NCBI GenBank assembly: GCA_964016345.1
Contig: CAXHFM010000002.1
Span: forward strand, 1 to 44,985
Reading direction: 5' to 3'
DNA: 44,985 nucleotides
Source: an uncultured Candidatus Poseidoniales archaeon
Lineage (GTDB): Archaea > Thermoplasmatota > Poseidoniia > Poseidoniales > Thalassarchaeaceae
In this document: positions 24,952-33,685 of the stretch, piece after piece
Layout of the letters: every line of letters begins with the position of its first letter
How positions within the stretch are numbered: the stretch's first letter is position 1
Program-made: the position numbers and the translations under genes
The notes under the pieces: generated by a model
What the model was told of the DNA's origin: nothing
Database searches by the model: none
Seen by the model: the letters and a program-made list of their open reading frames with translations, nothing else

Positions 24952-27654
24952 GTGCGAAATGCGATGGTCACAAGGAAGTCGCTCACTTTTCTCACTGTTG
25001 TGATGTTACTGAGCATGTCTGCGACGATAGTTTCAGCCGATGTAGACATCAATCTTTCTGCAAATCCTAGTTCTGCTGAAGCAACAGCAGATGAAGCTGC
25101 AGAATATACGATTATTGTCCAAAATTCCGGTGATGATGACGCTGCGGTATCACTCAGTACCCAACAAGGTGACGATTGTAACGGGTTCTCGTCTACCCTA
25201 GAGACCACATTCGTACAAGTTTCTTCCTCATCATCAGAGTCAGTAACTCTGACAGTAACCGTTACTGAACAGGCAAGTGGAGAGTGTGAGACCACTGTAA
25301 ACGCTCAGGGACAGGTATCCGGCGGAGCCCCCGGAACTCCCTCTAATGCCGATGTAACTGTCACAACCACAGCCGGCGATGGTGGCGGACTTTACTCTGT
25401 GAGCCTATCCACCGATGAACCGTCCACCAAGAATTATGATGGAGAGGATAATCAAGTTGCTTGGGATGTTGATGTGGAGAACAATGGCGAGCAACAGGCC
25501 AATGTACAATTGGAAATGACATCTGACAGTGATTGTGAGTCTGAAGATTTGTCTGCAACAGTAGACCCCTCTGTTCTTCAGTTGGAACCAGAGGGACAGG
25601 AAGAGGTCACAGTAACAATTGATATGCCCAATGGTGCAGAGACAGATGCCGGTTCTCATTGCTTCATCCTCAAGGCTACGGTTACCAATGATCCGAATGC
25701 AGCAGACCAAGCTGAAGACAATCTAACACTGAGCCTTAATGTGCCTCAAATCAAGGAATGCGATGCTTCTCTCCAGTATTCCTCCCATAATTTGGATCCG
25801 GGAGAGTCTGCTCCAAACTCATTCGAGGTTGAGAACATAGGGAACACTGAGTGGACAGTTACCGCCAATGCTCAGTCTCTCGATGGGGACGATATTTCAG
25901 GTTGGGTTGATTTCGATAGCCCACTTAGTAAGCTTCTGGAAGAGCCAGGTAGCTCCGATGATTCTCACACTTTTACATTTGAAGTCTCACCTGATGATTC
26001 TCTTGAGGCAGGGACCCAGGTAGCAATAGGAATCCAAGGAAGAGCAGGATCAGAAATTGGATGCGAGAAAGTACTAACGGTTACCGTAGGACAAGAGTTT
26101 GGAGCCTCTATGTCACTCAGTAAATCCACGCTTTCTAATGTCGAGCCGGGCACTTCAGGAACACTCTCCATGCAGATCACAAACCAAGGAAATGGCCAAG
26201 AAACTATGGCACTAGGAACTTCTGGCGTCCCACCCGGATGGCAAGTCTCATTCAGTCAATCCACTGTTACTCTAGGAAGCTCTCAATCATCTAATAACAA
26301 AGAGACCGTGGGTGTCGAAATCTTTGTTCCGGAAGACGCAAGCGCTGAATCGGATGCACTGATCTCCTTCACTGTGGGCAGAGGAGGAGGGACGACACCT
26401 TACGACTCGAAGGACCTAACTGTTTCAGTTGCACCGAGGCATGAGGTCTCTTCGTCTATGGTTTCGGACCAACAAACAGGTAGATCCGATCAGATAGTAA
26501 AGTTCCCCATTGTAGTCACAAATGATGGTAACATCCGAGATACCTTCAGACTCCAAGCCTGTGATCCCGGAGATCAGACAGGATGCAGTAACCCTATGTG
26601 GGAATCGTCTTTCTCAGATTCCGATGGAAACTCAATAAGCCAAATTGTACTAGATCCAAGCCAGTCTTCACAAGTCTATCTGGACGTGTTAGTCGAGGGT
26701 GAGGAAGATGCCGACTCTGCAAGAGTCTTGGTAAGAATAGCAATTTTCGGAACTAGTGAAACCTCAGAGCATACGGTTTCCGTAGTAGTCTCGAACTACA
26801 ACTATGGAATGGCCGTGTCCCCTCAGTCACCCGGAGAAACACCCGGTCAAATGGATGTTACTTTACCTCCAGGGGGTACTCTGTCAACATTCTTCTGGAT
26901 TGATAATACAGGGGATTATCCAGCCGGTGATACCGCAGTTATCACCATCACAGGATTGGAGTCATCAGTTTCTAGAAATATATTTGTCGATGGAGTGGAG
27001 ATAGAAGACTCCATTCAGATTCCCAAGGAAGGCAGAGTGCTTGCAGAAGTCCAGATGGAGGTAATGGAAGGAGTCTCAAACGGAGTATCGGGAATAATCA
27101 AGGTATCAGCAGCCTCAGAGAGGAATGCTGCACAGACTACCTCGGTTGATGTTTCGATCCAAGTAATGACCATACACGATCTGGTTTTTACTCTTGAGGG
27201 GGTCGACGAGCAAACGGTGAACTATCCAGATAAGGCATTCTTCACAATGTTTGTAACCAATAACGGAAACGTGATTGAAGATGTAGAGATAATCTCAGGG
27301 GAATCACTCAGAGGTTGGACGGTTGATGTTATCGATGATGAATTCCTGCTTCCTCCTGGAGAAACCAGAGAGATTCAGGTTCGAGCTACTCCTCCTTCTG
27401 AACTTCTTTCTGACGACACGTACAGATTTACTGTCATCGCCCAACCGGAGGGTATTCCCGTTGCAGGTCAACCAATCGAACTAACGGTTGTGTCAGTAAC
27501 ATCGAACTCTTTTCTCAATCTCTCACAAACCACTCAAGACTTACTGGTTTACGGCCTCACAGGATTCGGTGCTTTGCTCGTAATCGTTCTTTTCATGAGA
27601 TCTAGGGCGGAAAACAAGAGAATAATTAGAGCACTAGATCAAGACGATTCATAG
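24952..27654 (+). CDS. 900-aa surface protein built from about seven tandem NxG beta-sandwich (CARDB/NEW3/DUF11-like) modules with a C-terminal membrane anchor
   Basis: There is a signal peptide (LTFLTVVMLLSMSATIVSADV). The motif recurs about every 115-125 aa: IIVQNSGDDD, VDVENNGEQQ, FEVENIGNTE, MQITNQGNGQ, IVVTNDGNIR, FWIDNTGDYP, FVTNNGNVIE. The C-terminus is LTGFGALLVIVLFMRSRAENKR. The start is GTG 24952 or ATG 24964. Confidence 0.75.
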   Translation: MRNAMVTRKSLTFLTVVMLLSMSATIVSADVDINLSANPSSAEATADEAAEYTIIVQNSGDDDAAVSLSTQQGDDCNGFSSTLETTFVQVSSSSSESVTLTVTVTEQASGECETTVNAQGQVSGGAPGTPSNADVTVTTTAGDGGGLYSVSLSTDEPSTKNYDGEDNQVAWDVDVENNGEQQANVQLEMTSDSDCESEDLSATVDPSVLQLEPEGQEEVTVTIDMPNGAETDAGSHCFILKATVTNDPNAADQAEDNLTLSLNVPQIKECDASLQYSSHNLDPGESAPNSFEVENIGNTEWTVTANAQSLDGDDISGWVDFDSPLSKLLEEPGSSDDSHTFTFEVSPDDSLEAGTQVAIGIQGRAGSEIGCEKVLTVTVGQEFGASMSLSKSTLSNVEPGTSGTLSMQITNQGNGQETMALGTSGVPPGWQVSFSQSTVTLGSSQSSNNKETVGVEIFVPEDASAESDALISFTVGRGGGTTPYDSKDLTVSVAPRHEVSSSMVSDQQTGRSDQIVKFPIVVTNDGNIRDTFRLQACDPGDQTGCSNPMWESSFSDSDGNSISQIVLDPSQSSQVYLDVLVEGEEDADSARVLVRIAIFGTSETSEHTVSVVVSNYNYGMAVSPQSPGETPGQMDVTLPPGGTLSTFFWIDNTGDYPAGDTAVITITGLESSVSRNIFVDGVEIEDSIQIPKEGRVLAEVQMEVMEGVSNGVSGIIKVSAASERNAAQTTSVDVSIQVMTIHDLVFTLEGVDEQTVNYPDKAFFTMFVTNNGNVIEDVEIISGESLRGWTVDVIDDEFLLPPGETREIQVRATPPSELLSDDTYRFTVIAQPEGIPVAGQPIELTVVSVTSNSFLNLSQTTQDLLVYGLTGFGALLVIVLFMRSRAENKRIIRALDQDDS

Positions 27655-27714
27655 CACTTCTACTGACTCCGCACCGGATAGGCTTATTGCCCAATTTCAG
27701 GTGGGCTACATCAA

Positions 27715-27731
27715 CGGTCCCTACGGGACCG
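27715..27731. repeat. perfect 7-3-7 inverted repeat CGGTCCC-TAC-GGGACCG immediately upstream of nuoA; function unknown
   Basis: Read directly from the sequence. It ends 5 nt before the nuoA GTG start (27736). It shares the CGGTCC/GGACCG half-sites with the repeat at 3705-3721. Confidence 0.6.
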
Positions 27732-27735
27732 GTGG

Positions 27736-28185
27736 GTGTTTGTCTTGTCTACCGTTCCAGAGGCCTATCTCGCGGTTGCTGTGATGGCTCTCGTGGGCAT
27801 TGGTTTTCCAGTTCTTAGCTTCGTAGGCTCAGGCTTCTTGAGACCAAGAAAAACTGCGAATGACCCCAACAAGCTGAGCTCATGGTTACTTCCTGGTTAT
27901 GAGTCGGACCAATCCCTGTACCTCAGGAGGGAAACCACATATGAATGCGGTTCAGACCCTGTAGGTGACGCTCATATTAACTTCCATTTTCAGTATTACT
28001 GGTACGCCATAATTTTCCTGGTTTTTGATATTGCTTTCATGTTCTTGGCCTTCGGTGGCGTCTTAGTTATTCAAGAAGGAGCAGTTTCAATCTACAGCTC
28101 TCTTGCAACACTGACAGTCTTCATCATCCTGATGGGAGCCGGCGTTTGGCATGTTTTCAGGAAAAGAGGAAGAATATACATCTGA
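27736..28185 (+). CDS. nuoA: NADH-quinone oxidoreductase (complex I-like) subunit A
   Basis: The YECGSDPVGDA...FQYYWYAIIFLVFDIAFMFL motif and three TM segments are present. Confidence 0.85.
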   Translation: MFVLSTVPEAYLAVAVMALVGIGFPVLSFVGSGFLRPRKTANDPNKLSSWLLPGYESDQSLYLRRETTYECGSDPVGDAHINFHFQYYWYAIIFLVFDIAFMFLAFGGVLVIQEGAVSIYSSLATLTVFIILMGAGVWHVFRKRGRIYI

Positions 28186-28194
28186 GGTTAGACT

Positions 28195-28791
28195 ATGGCG
28201 GACGATGATCAGAATTATGCAGTTTTCAACAGCAGGATGCTTATAGACACGGTTGGTGACATAACTGACGAGGCTCTCAAGGCTAGTAGAATTAAGGACA
28301 TCATTGGAGTACTAGCTGGCAGGATATTCAATTGGGGTCAGAGAAAATCCCTCTTTCCTCTTCATCTGGGGATCAAGTGTTGCGCATTGGAGATGGCGGC
28401 TGCAGGGGCGAGTCGTTTCGACGCTGAGAGATTCGGCGTATTCTTTCGCTCCAGTCCCAGACAGTGTGACGTCCTCTTGGTTAACGGGCCAATTAGCAAG
28501 AAGTTTGCAGATCCAATAGTGAGGCTGTGGGAACAGATGCCAGAGCCCAAATGGTGCATCGCGATGGGCGAATGTGCTATATCAGGTGGACCCTACTTCC
28601 AGTCATACAACATCCTCGAAGGGGTTGATACCCTTATTCCCGTTGACGTATACATACCAGGATGTCCTCCACGCCCGGAGGCACTGATAGATGGTTTCGA
28701 TAAGCTGAGGCAGAAGATTATCCGTATAGGAGCGAAACCAAGTAGTGATCGTCCAGCAACTCAGAGGCCTCTGATTGCTGGAGATTTGTGA
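28195..28791 (+). CDS. nuoB: complex I subunit B (N2 Fe-S cluster subunit)
   Basis: CCALEM, SPRQCDVLLVNGP, MGECAISGGPY and IPGCPPRPEAL motifs are present. A GAGGT Shine-Dalgarno sequence lies upstream. Confidence 0.93.
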   Translation: MADDDQNYAVFNSRMLIDTVGDITDEALKASRIKDIIGVLAGRIFNWGQRKSLFPLHLGIKCCALEMAAAGASRFDAERFGVFFRSSPRQCDVLLVNGPISKKFADPIVRLWEQMPEPKWCIAMGECAISGGPYFQSYNILEGVDTLIPVDVYIPGCPPRPEALIDGFDKLRQKIIRIGAKPSSDRPATQRPLIAGDL

Positions 28792-28800
28792 GGTCTTACC

Positions 28801-29460
28801 ATGTCTAGAGTAGTCCCTTCCTCAACTCAAAAGTCAGCCGCAGAGAAAATGGTAACTGCGGTTGGTAGAATCAAGGGATGCGATGCAGAGCTTGTTGAGA
28901 GATCCAGTGGTACGAAATCTCGTTGGACAGTTTCCATTGAGTGCAATCCAGAAAATTGGAGGAGCCTTGCTGAGAAGCTCCTCACAACCCATGAAGTGGA
29001 CTACTGTTCGCTCATAACCGGAATCCATTGGCCAGATGGGCCAGATGGAAAAAAGTGGGAGGTAGTATATCACTTCCTTCGTACAGGAATCAAGAATCCT
29101 CCTGAAATAGACGGTGTTCAACAACCAATAATCACGGATCCAACTACTGTAAAAGGCAAACTAGTCCCTCTGGAGATAGAAGTCAGTATCGCAATTCCGG
29201 AAACCAGAACTCCAACGGTGGCCAGCGTGCAAGACTTGTGGATAGGGGCCGATTGGAATGAGAAAGAAACATGGGATTTAGTGGGCATCGACTTCGATGG
29301 GCATGAAGGAATGAGAAGAGTTCTCCAACCACACGAGACTCCAACCGGATATCATCCTCTTCAGAAGCATCATAACATCCGTTATCATGGATTTGAGGAG
29401 ATGTATGATGACGCTCAGGGATTCTCCAGGAAGCCTGATGATGTTGGCAGGGTAAAGTAG
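28801..29460 (+). CDS. nuoC: complex I subunit C (30 kDa subunit)
   Basis: WEVVYHFL and ADWNEKETWDLVGIDFDGHEGMRRVL motifs are present, and the gene sits between nuoB and nuoD. Confidence 0.85.
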   Translation: MSRVVPSSTQKSAAEKMVTAVGRIKGCDAELVERSSGTKSRWTVSIECNPENWRSLAEKLLTTHEVDYCSLITGIHWPDGPDGKKWEVVYHFLRTGIKNPPEIDGVQQPIITDPTTVKGKLVPLEIEVSIAIPETRTPTVASVQDLWIGADWNEKETWDLVGIDFDGHEGMRRVLQPHETPTGYHPLQKHHNIRYHGFEEMYDDAQGFSRKPDDVGRVK

Positions 29461-29468
29461 GTGATAAA

Positions 29469-30605
29469 ATGGCAGAAATGTGGATTTCCATGGGTCCCCA
29501 GCATCCAATGACCCATGGACTCTGGACCCTGAAGATAAAGGTCGATGGGGAAACTGTAGTTGACACAGTTCCTGATCTTGGGTATATACACAGAGGCGTG
29601 GAAAAAATTTGCGAGTCCCGTGACTTCACTCAGATTACCACCTATTGCGACAGGCTCTGTTACGCTAGCGCCAATACATGGTCACACTCTTACATTTATG
29701 CCGCAGAAGACCTATTGGGCGTCGAAGTACCTGAGAGAGCCGAGTATATCAGGCTGATAGCAGTAGAACTGCAAAGAATAGCTTCCCACCTGATGTGGCT
29801 TGGTGCTTATGGCCCAGATACTGGCAACCTTTCTGTCTTGGTCTGGTGTCTCCGAGAGAGGGAGATGATGATGGATCTCCTGCAAGAAATGGGAGGTTCA
29901 AGGATGCATTATAATTTCCCTCGTATTGGCGGTGTGAAGAGAGATCTTCCTCATGGTTTCGCTCAGAGGGCGCGTTCGAAGTTAGAGTTATTTTTGCAGA
30001 GAATACAGGAGTATGAGGCATTGTATGATGAGAGTACTGTTTTCCTGGTCAGGACACAAGGAGTTGGATATGCCAAGGCTGAGGAGATGGTCAATCACGG
30101 GGTTTCAGGTCCAAATCTGAGGGCTGCTGGAGTAAACTATGATGTCAGATGGGCACATCCATACTCCGTCTACAGCGAACTAGATTGGGAACCTCCCGTG
30201 GAGAGATCTTCGATTAAAGGAGCTGACTGTTACGATAGATACAGAGTTAGAGTGGAGGAAATGAGAATAAGTGCCCTGTTAACTCTTCAGGCCTTAGACA
30301 AGATGCCGGGCGGTTCTGATACTTACCACGAGCCTGGAGATCCAAAATTACTCGCCAAAGCACCCAGTCGGGCCCCTGAGGGAACAAGTGGATATCATCA
30401 CTTTGAGGACAGTCGAGGAGAGTCCATGTTCTACATTGCAGGAGGGGGAGAGGCCCGAGGGAAGAATCCCTACAGAGTATCGATAAGGTCCCCTATGTTC
30501 ATCACAATTCCATATGCCTCAAAATGCATGATCGGATACAAGGTCGCAGACATTCCAGCAATAATGGGCTCTTTCGATCCATGTATTGGGGAGACTGATA
30601 GGTGA
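29469..30605 (+). CDS. nuoD: complex I subunit D (49 kDa subunit)
   Basis: The motif GPQHPMTHGLWTLKIKVDGETVVDTVPDLGYIHRGVEKICE is present, with the C-terminal DPCIGETDR. Confidence 0.93.
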   Translation: MAEMWISMGPQHPMTHGLWTLKIKVDGETVVDTVPDLGYIHRGVEKICESRDFTQITTYCDRLCYASANTWSHSYIYAAEDLLGVEVPERAEYIRLIAVELQRIASHLMWLGAYGPDTGNLSVLVWCLREREMMMDLLQEMGGSRMHYNFPRIGGVKRDLPHGFAQRARSKLELFLQRIQEYEALYDESTVFLVRTQGVGYAKAEEMVNHGVSGPNLRAAGVNYDVRWAHPYSVYSELDWEPPVERSSIKGADCYDRYRVRVEEMRISALLTLQALDKMPGGSDTYHEPGDPKLLAKAPSRAPEGTSGYHHFEDSRGESMFYIAGGGEARGKNPYRVSIRSPMFITIPYASKCMIGYKVADIPAIMGSFDPCIGETDR

Positions 30606-32146
30606 TATTGATGGCGAGTAGTGACTGGTTAGACGTGAGTGGCTGGCTCCAATCAATGATAGGCTGGTCAATGGACCAAACCCATGACCTACTTCCCAAT
30701 GTAGAATATGGTCTCGGGCCAATAGGATCTGTTAACCCTCAAAGTGGTTTTTCATCAATTCAGCCCGCACTTGAGGCATTTTTCCATGCATCAATAATGT
30801 GCACAGTGGTCTTCACCACATTGATGCTGACAATGCTTGCAATTCCATACATTGAGAGGAAATTCATTGGTAGATTGATGGATAGACTTGGAGCAACTAC
30901 GACTCTGAGAAGCCTATGGGTCGGCGAGAGTGGAGCTACAGCAGGCGATTGGTGGGATCAACTTCCATTCGGAATTGGCACTCCGATTGGATGGACAATA
31001 AACACTCTAAACTCAATTTGGGGAAACGATCACGAATTAGAGACAGTTGCCAGAGTAAATAACAGGAGTTACCATGGATATTGGTTCCTTCTCCCAGGAT
31101 TCTTCCAAGCCTTCGCTGACTTCTTCAAATTCGCAACAAAGGAACACATGGTACCCAAGGATGCCGACAAGGTCGTGTTCGAGGTAGCCCCTGTCATCAT
31201 AATCTCAACCACTGTGATGGTATTCGCCTTTGTCCCATTCGGACCACATATTTACGCAGCCAACCCCGACCTCTCACTCTTGTTCATGATGGCAATATTT
31301 GGGGTGGCCCCGTTGGGAGTCTTCTTCGCAGGATGGGCATCTAACAACAAGTACACACTAATCGGCGGGATGAGGTCCGCAGCCCAACTCACTGCCTACG
31401 AGATTCCACTTCTTATCACAGTCCTCGGTGTCGCCGTTCTAAGCGGCTCGCTGAACATCATAGAGATTGTAGATTTTCAGATGGGGCAAGAGGAAGGAAA
31501 TGTTTGGAACTTCTTCTTGATGCCTCTAGGCGCGGCTCTCTTCCTGATTACCATGATTGCTGAAGTTGAGAGAATCCCTTTCGATATGCCAGAAGCAGAG
31601 GCGGAGCTTGTTGAGGGCTGGTGGACAGAGTATGGGGGAATTCGTTGGGGTCTAATGTTCTCTGCAGAATATATGAGATCGTATGCAGCCTGCATCCTTT
31701 TCGCACTTTTCTTCCTTGGAGGATGGGAAGCACCATTCCAGCACACCCTTTCCGACCTTCCTGTCTTAGGTGGGGTCTTTACGACAATTTTCGCAGTCAT
31801 ACCTGGACTAGTTTGGGTACTTCTAAAGGCATGGTTTTTGTTCGGCGTGTTCGTTTGGATTAGAGCATCACTACACAGAGTAAGAACCGATCAGATTCTA
31901 GAATTTGGCTGGAGATACCTCCTGCCACTATCACTTCTCAACTTGGTTATAGCCACCTATCTGAGACTTGAATTATACGAGGGAGGTAACTGGAATCTAT
32001 GGGTACCAGCAGTGGTAACAACTGTCTCCTTAATTGTCTTCTTAGTGTACATCTTTGACGAAGATGAAGAGGCTGCCAGACTGAAGAGCAGACCATATAG
32101 CACACAAGCTGTTGTTAAGGCATCTCCAGGGAGTCACAGGGATTAG
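30602..32146 (+). CDS. nuoH: complex I subunit H; unusually long (514 aa) with an N-terminal extension and an insertion in the first loop
   Basis: PYIERKFIGRLMDR ... FFQAFADFFKFATKEHMVPKDADKVVFEVAP and EAEAELVEGWWTEYGGIRWGLMFSAEYM are NuoH/ND1 motifs. The GTG start overlaps the nuoD stop; ATG 30611 is an alternative. Confidence 0.88.
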   Translation: MILMASSDWLDVSGWLQSMIGWSMDQTHDLLPNVEYGLGPIGSVNPQSGFSSIQPALEAFFHASIMCTVVFTTLMLTMLAIPYIERKFIGRLMDRLGATTTLRSLWVGESGATAGDWWDQLPFGIGTPIGWTINTLNSIWGNDHELETVARVNNRSYHGYWFLLPGFFQAFADFFKFATKEHMVPKDADKVVFEVAPVIIISTTVMVFAFVPFGPHIYAANPDLSLLFMMAIFGVAPLGVFFAGWASNNKYTLIGGMRSAAQLTAYEIPLLITVLGVAVLSGSLNIIEIVDFQMGQEEGNVWNFFLMPLGAALFLITMIAEVERIPFDMPEAEAELVEGWWTEYGGIRWGLMFSAEYMRSYAACILFALFFLGGWEAPFQHTLSDLPVLGGVFTTIFAVIPGLVWVLLKAWFLFGVFVWIRASLHRVRTDQILEFGWRYLLPLSLLNLVIATYLRLELYEGGNWNLWVPAVVTTVSLIVFLVYIFDEDEEAARLKSRPYSTQAVVKASPGSHRD

Positions 32147-32154
32147 GTGATAAA

Positions 32155-33135
32155 ATGAAAGCTGCATATCCTGATGAGTATAATACTGGCCATCCAAGAG
32201 CCACTCCAAACTTCAGGAATCTGGTCATGAGGCCCATGTGGATGACTCTTAAGACCGCCCTTCGAACCTTTCCCTTCGTTGGTCGTTTGTGGTTCCTTAG
32301 GAATGACTACCATGGCAGATCCGCAATAATGATTGATAAAAACACGAAGAATAGATTGGGCGAGGAACACCCAAGCTTAGGACAGAAGTTTGCCGCGGAT
32401 AGGGAAACGAGTCAAATCATGCCCTTCTTGGAAAGGCCAGTCACTGTGATGTATCCATATGAAAGACTGGAGGATCTAGAGCCATGGCTATTCGTTCCAG
32501 GAAATTACAATGGGAGAATCGGAGTAATCTGGGAGACTTGCACTGCCTGTAAGGCCTGTGTCAGAGCTTGTCCCAACGACTGCCTTCACATGACTTCGGA
32601 AGTGAGGGTAAACGTCCTTGACTTGACTGAAGAGGGTGATGAGTGGCATGGTTATGGCAATCAGCTCGAACCTGGGGGCTTCGCAGCCAGGCCCAAGGAT
32701 GACTCAGGGTCTGCGAGCTTCGATCTGATGACGGCCCACGAATCAGCTCCTGCCGAGTATGATTTTGCTGAGATTATTGATCTCAGTGGGGGCAAGGCAA
32801 CGGTAAGATGGATGGATGGATCAGGAATTGAGACGCTAGACTCTTCCGATCTTAAACCAGCAGAGAAAGACATTGTCTCAGGAAGGATAGATCTTGGGAG
32901 GTGCATGTTCTGTGGACTTTGCATGGAATCTTGCCCCTTCGAGTCTTTCTTCATGACTAATGAGTACGATGGAATGTCAGGATTCACTAGGCAGGACTTG
33001 TGGATGGATGCAGACCGTACTAGAGTCCTACCTTCTACACACAAAGAAAGGGTGGACATGGAATTGGCTAAAAGGGCCGAGAAAGAAAAGGCGAAACTGG
33101 CTCGTAAAGCCGCCAAGGCAATCGCTGAGGGATAG
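32155..33135 (+). CDS. nuoI: complex I subunit I (2x[4Fe-4S] ferredoxin-type); unusually long (326 aa)
   Basis: There are two CxxCxxCxxxCP motifs, CTACKACVRACP and CMFCGLCMESCP. PVTVMYPYE is also present. A GGTGAT Shine-Dalgarno sequence lies 8 nt upstream. Confidence 0.88.
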   Translation: MKAAYPDEYNTGHPRATPNFRNLVMRPMWMTLKTALRTFPFVGRLWFLRNDYHGRSAIMIDKNTKNRLGEEHPSLGQKFAADRETSQIMPFLERPVTVMYPYERLEDLEPWLFVPGNYNGRIGVIWETCTACKACVRACPNDCLHMTSEVRVNVLDLTEEGDEWHGYGNQLEPGGFAARPKDDSGSASFDLMTAHESAPAEYDFAEIIDLSGGKATVRWMDGSGIETLDSSDLKPAEKDIVSGRIDLGRCMFCGLCMESCPFESFFMTNEYDGMSGFTRQDLWMDADRTRVLPSTHKERVDMELAKRAEKEKAKLARKAAKAIAEG

Positions 33136-33137
33136 CT

Positions 33138-33407
33138 ATGAGTGTGAATTTCGAAGCCGTGGTGTTCCTCATTTTAGCTGTAGCTACAGTTGGAGGGGCA
33201 ATAGGATGTGTATATGGCAGGAGGGTAGCACACTCACTTCTTTTCCTAATGCTAACTTTCTTCGGCGTAGCAGGCATATTCGTCCTAGCGAGTGCTGAGA
33301 TGCTAGCAGCTGTGCAGATTCTAGTTTACCTTGGATCAGTAATGCTAGTCGTCCAATTCGGTGTGATGTTGACCAGAAGACAAATCCAAGAAGGTGACAT
33401 TGAATGA
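33138..33407 (+). CDS. nuoJ: complex I subunit J, N-terminal half (split gene, J1)
   Basis: Three TM segments are present, ending in LAAVQILVYLGSVMLVVQFGVMLT, which is typical of NuoJ TM3. Confidence 0.8.
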   Translation: MSVNFEAVVFLILAVATVGGAIGCVYGRRVAHSLLFLMLTFFGVAGIFVLASAEMLAAVQILVYLGSVMLVVQFGVMLTRRQIQEGDIE

Positions 33408-33685
33408 GATTTCTATCCATCCTAGCTAGGATTGGAACTGTCGGCTTCATACTCGTTCTCCTTAGAGAGACCATGACTCATCCCATGTGGGAGGGGCCTC
33501 TGTGGGGAGGTAATGAGAATCCTCCAACAACCTTCGAGTTAGCAGACGCACTATTCAATGAGTGGGCTGTAGCCACACTAGTTCTTGGAGCTCTTCTTTC
33601 TATGGCGATGATTGGATCCTCATACTTAGTGAGAGATGAGAGGTTAGTCAATCTGGTCTGGGATATGGGAGGGGACGATCAGTGA
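33404..33685 (+). CDS. nuoJ: complex I subunit J, C-terminal half (split gene, J2)
   Basis: It overlaps J1 by ATGA. LADALFNEWAVATLVLGALLSMAMIGSSYL matches the NuoJ C-terminal helix region. Confidence 0.7.
   Translation: MRFLSILARIGTVGFILVLLRETMTHPMWEGPLWGGNENPPTTFELADALFNEWAVATLVLGALLSMAMIGSSYLVRDERLVNLVWDMGGDDQ

Noticed and set aside
32661-33116. A 151-aa minus-strand ORF lies opposite nuoI. Similar antisense ORFs occur at 37897-38343 and 41047-41514.
   Set aside because: All are antisense to confidently identified genes, with no recognisable motifs and shadow-frame composition.
33138-33685. The split nuoJ could be read as a frameshifted pseudogene.
   Set aside because: The two halves overlap by ATGA like other junctions in this operon, and each has an intact start. 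A nuoJ1/nuoJ2 split at a similar point is known in haloarchaea. Read-level verification would still be worthwhile.
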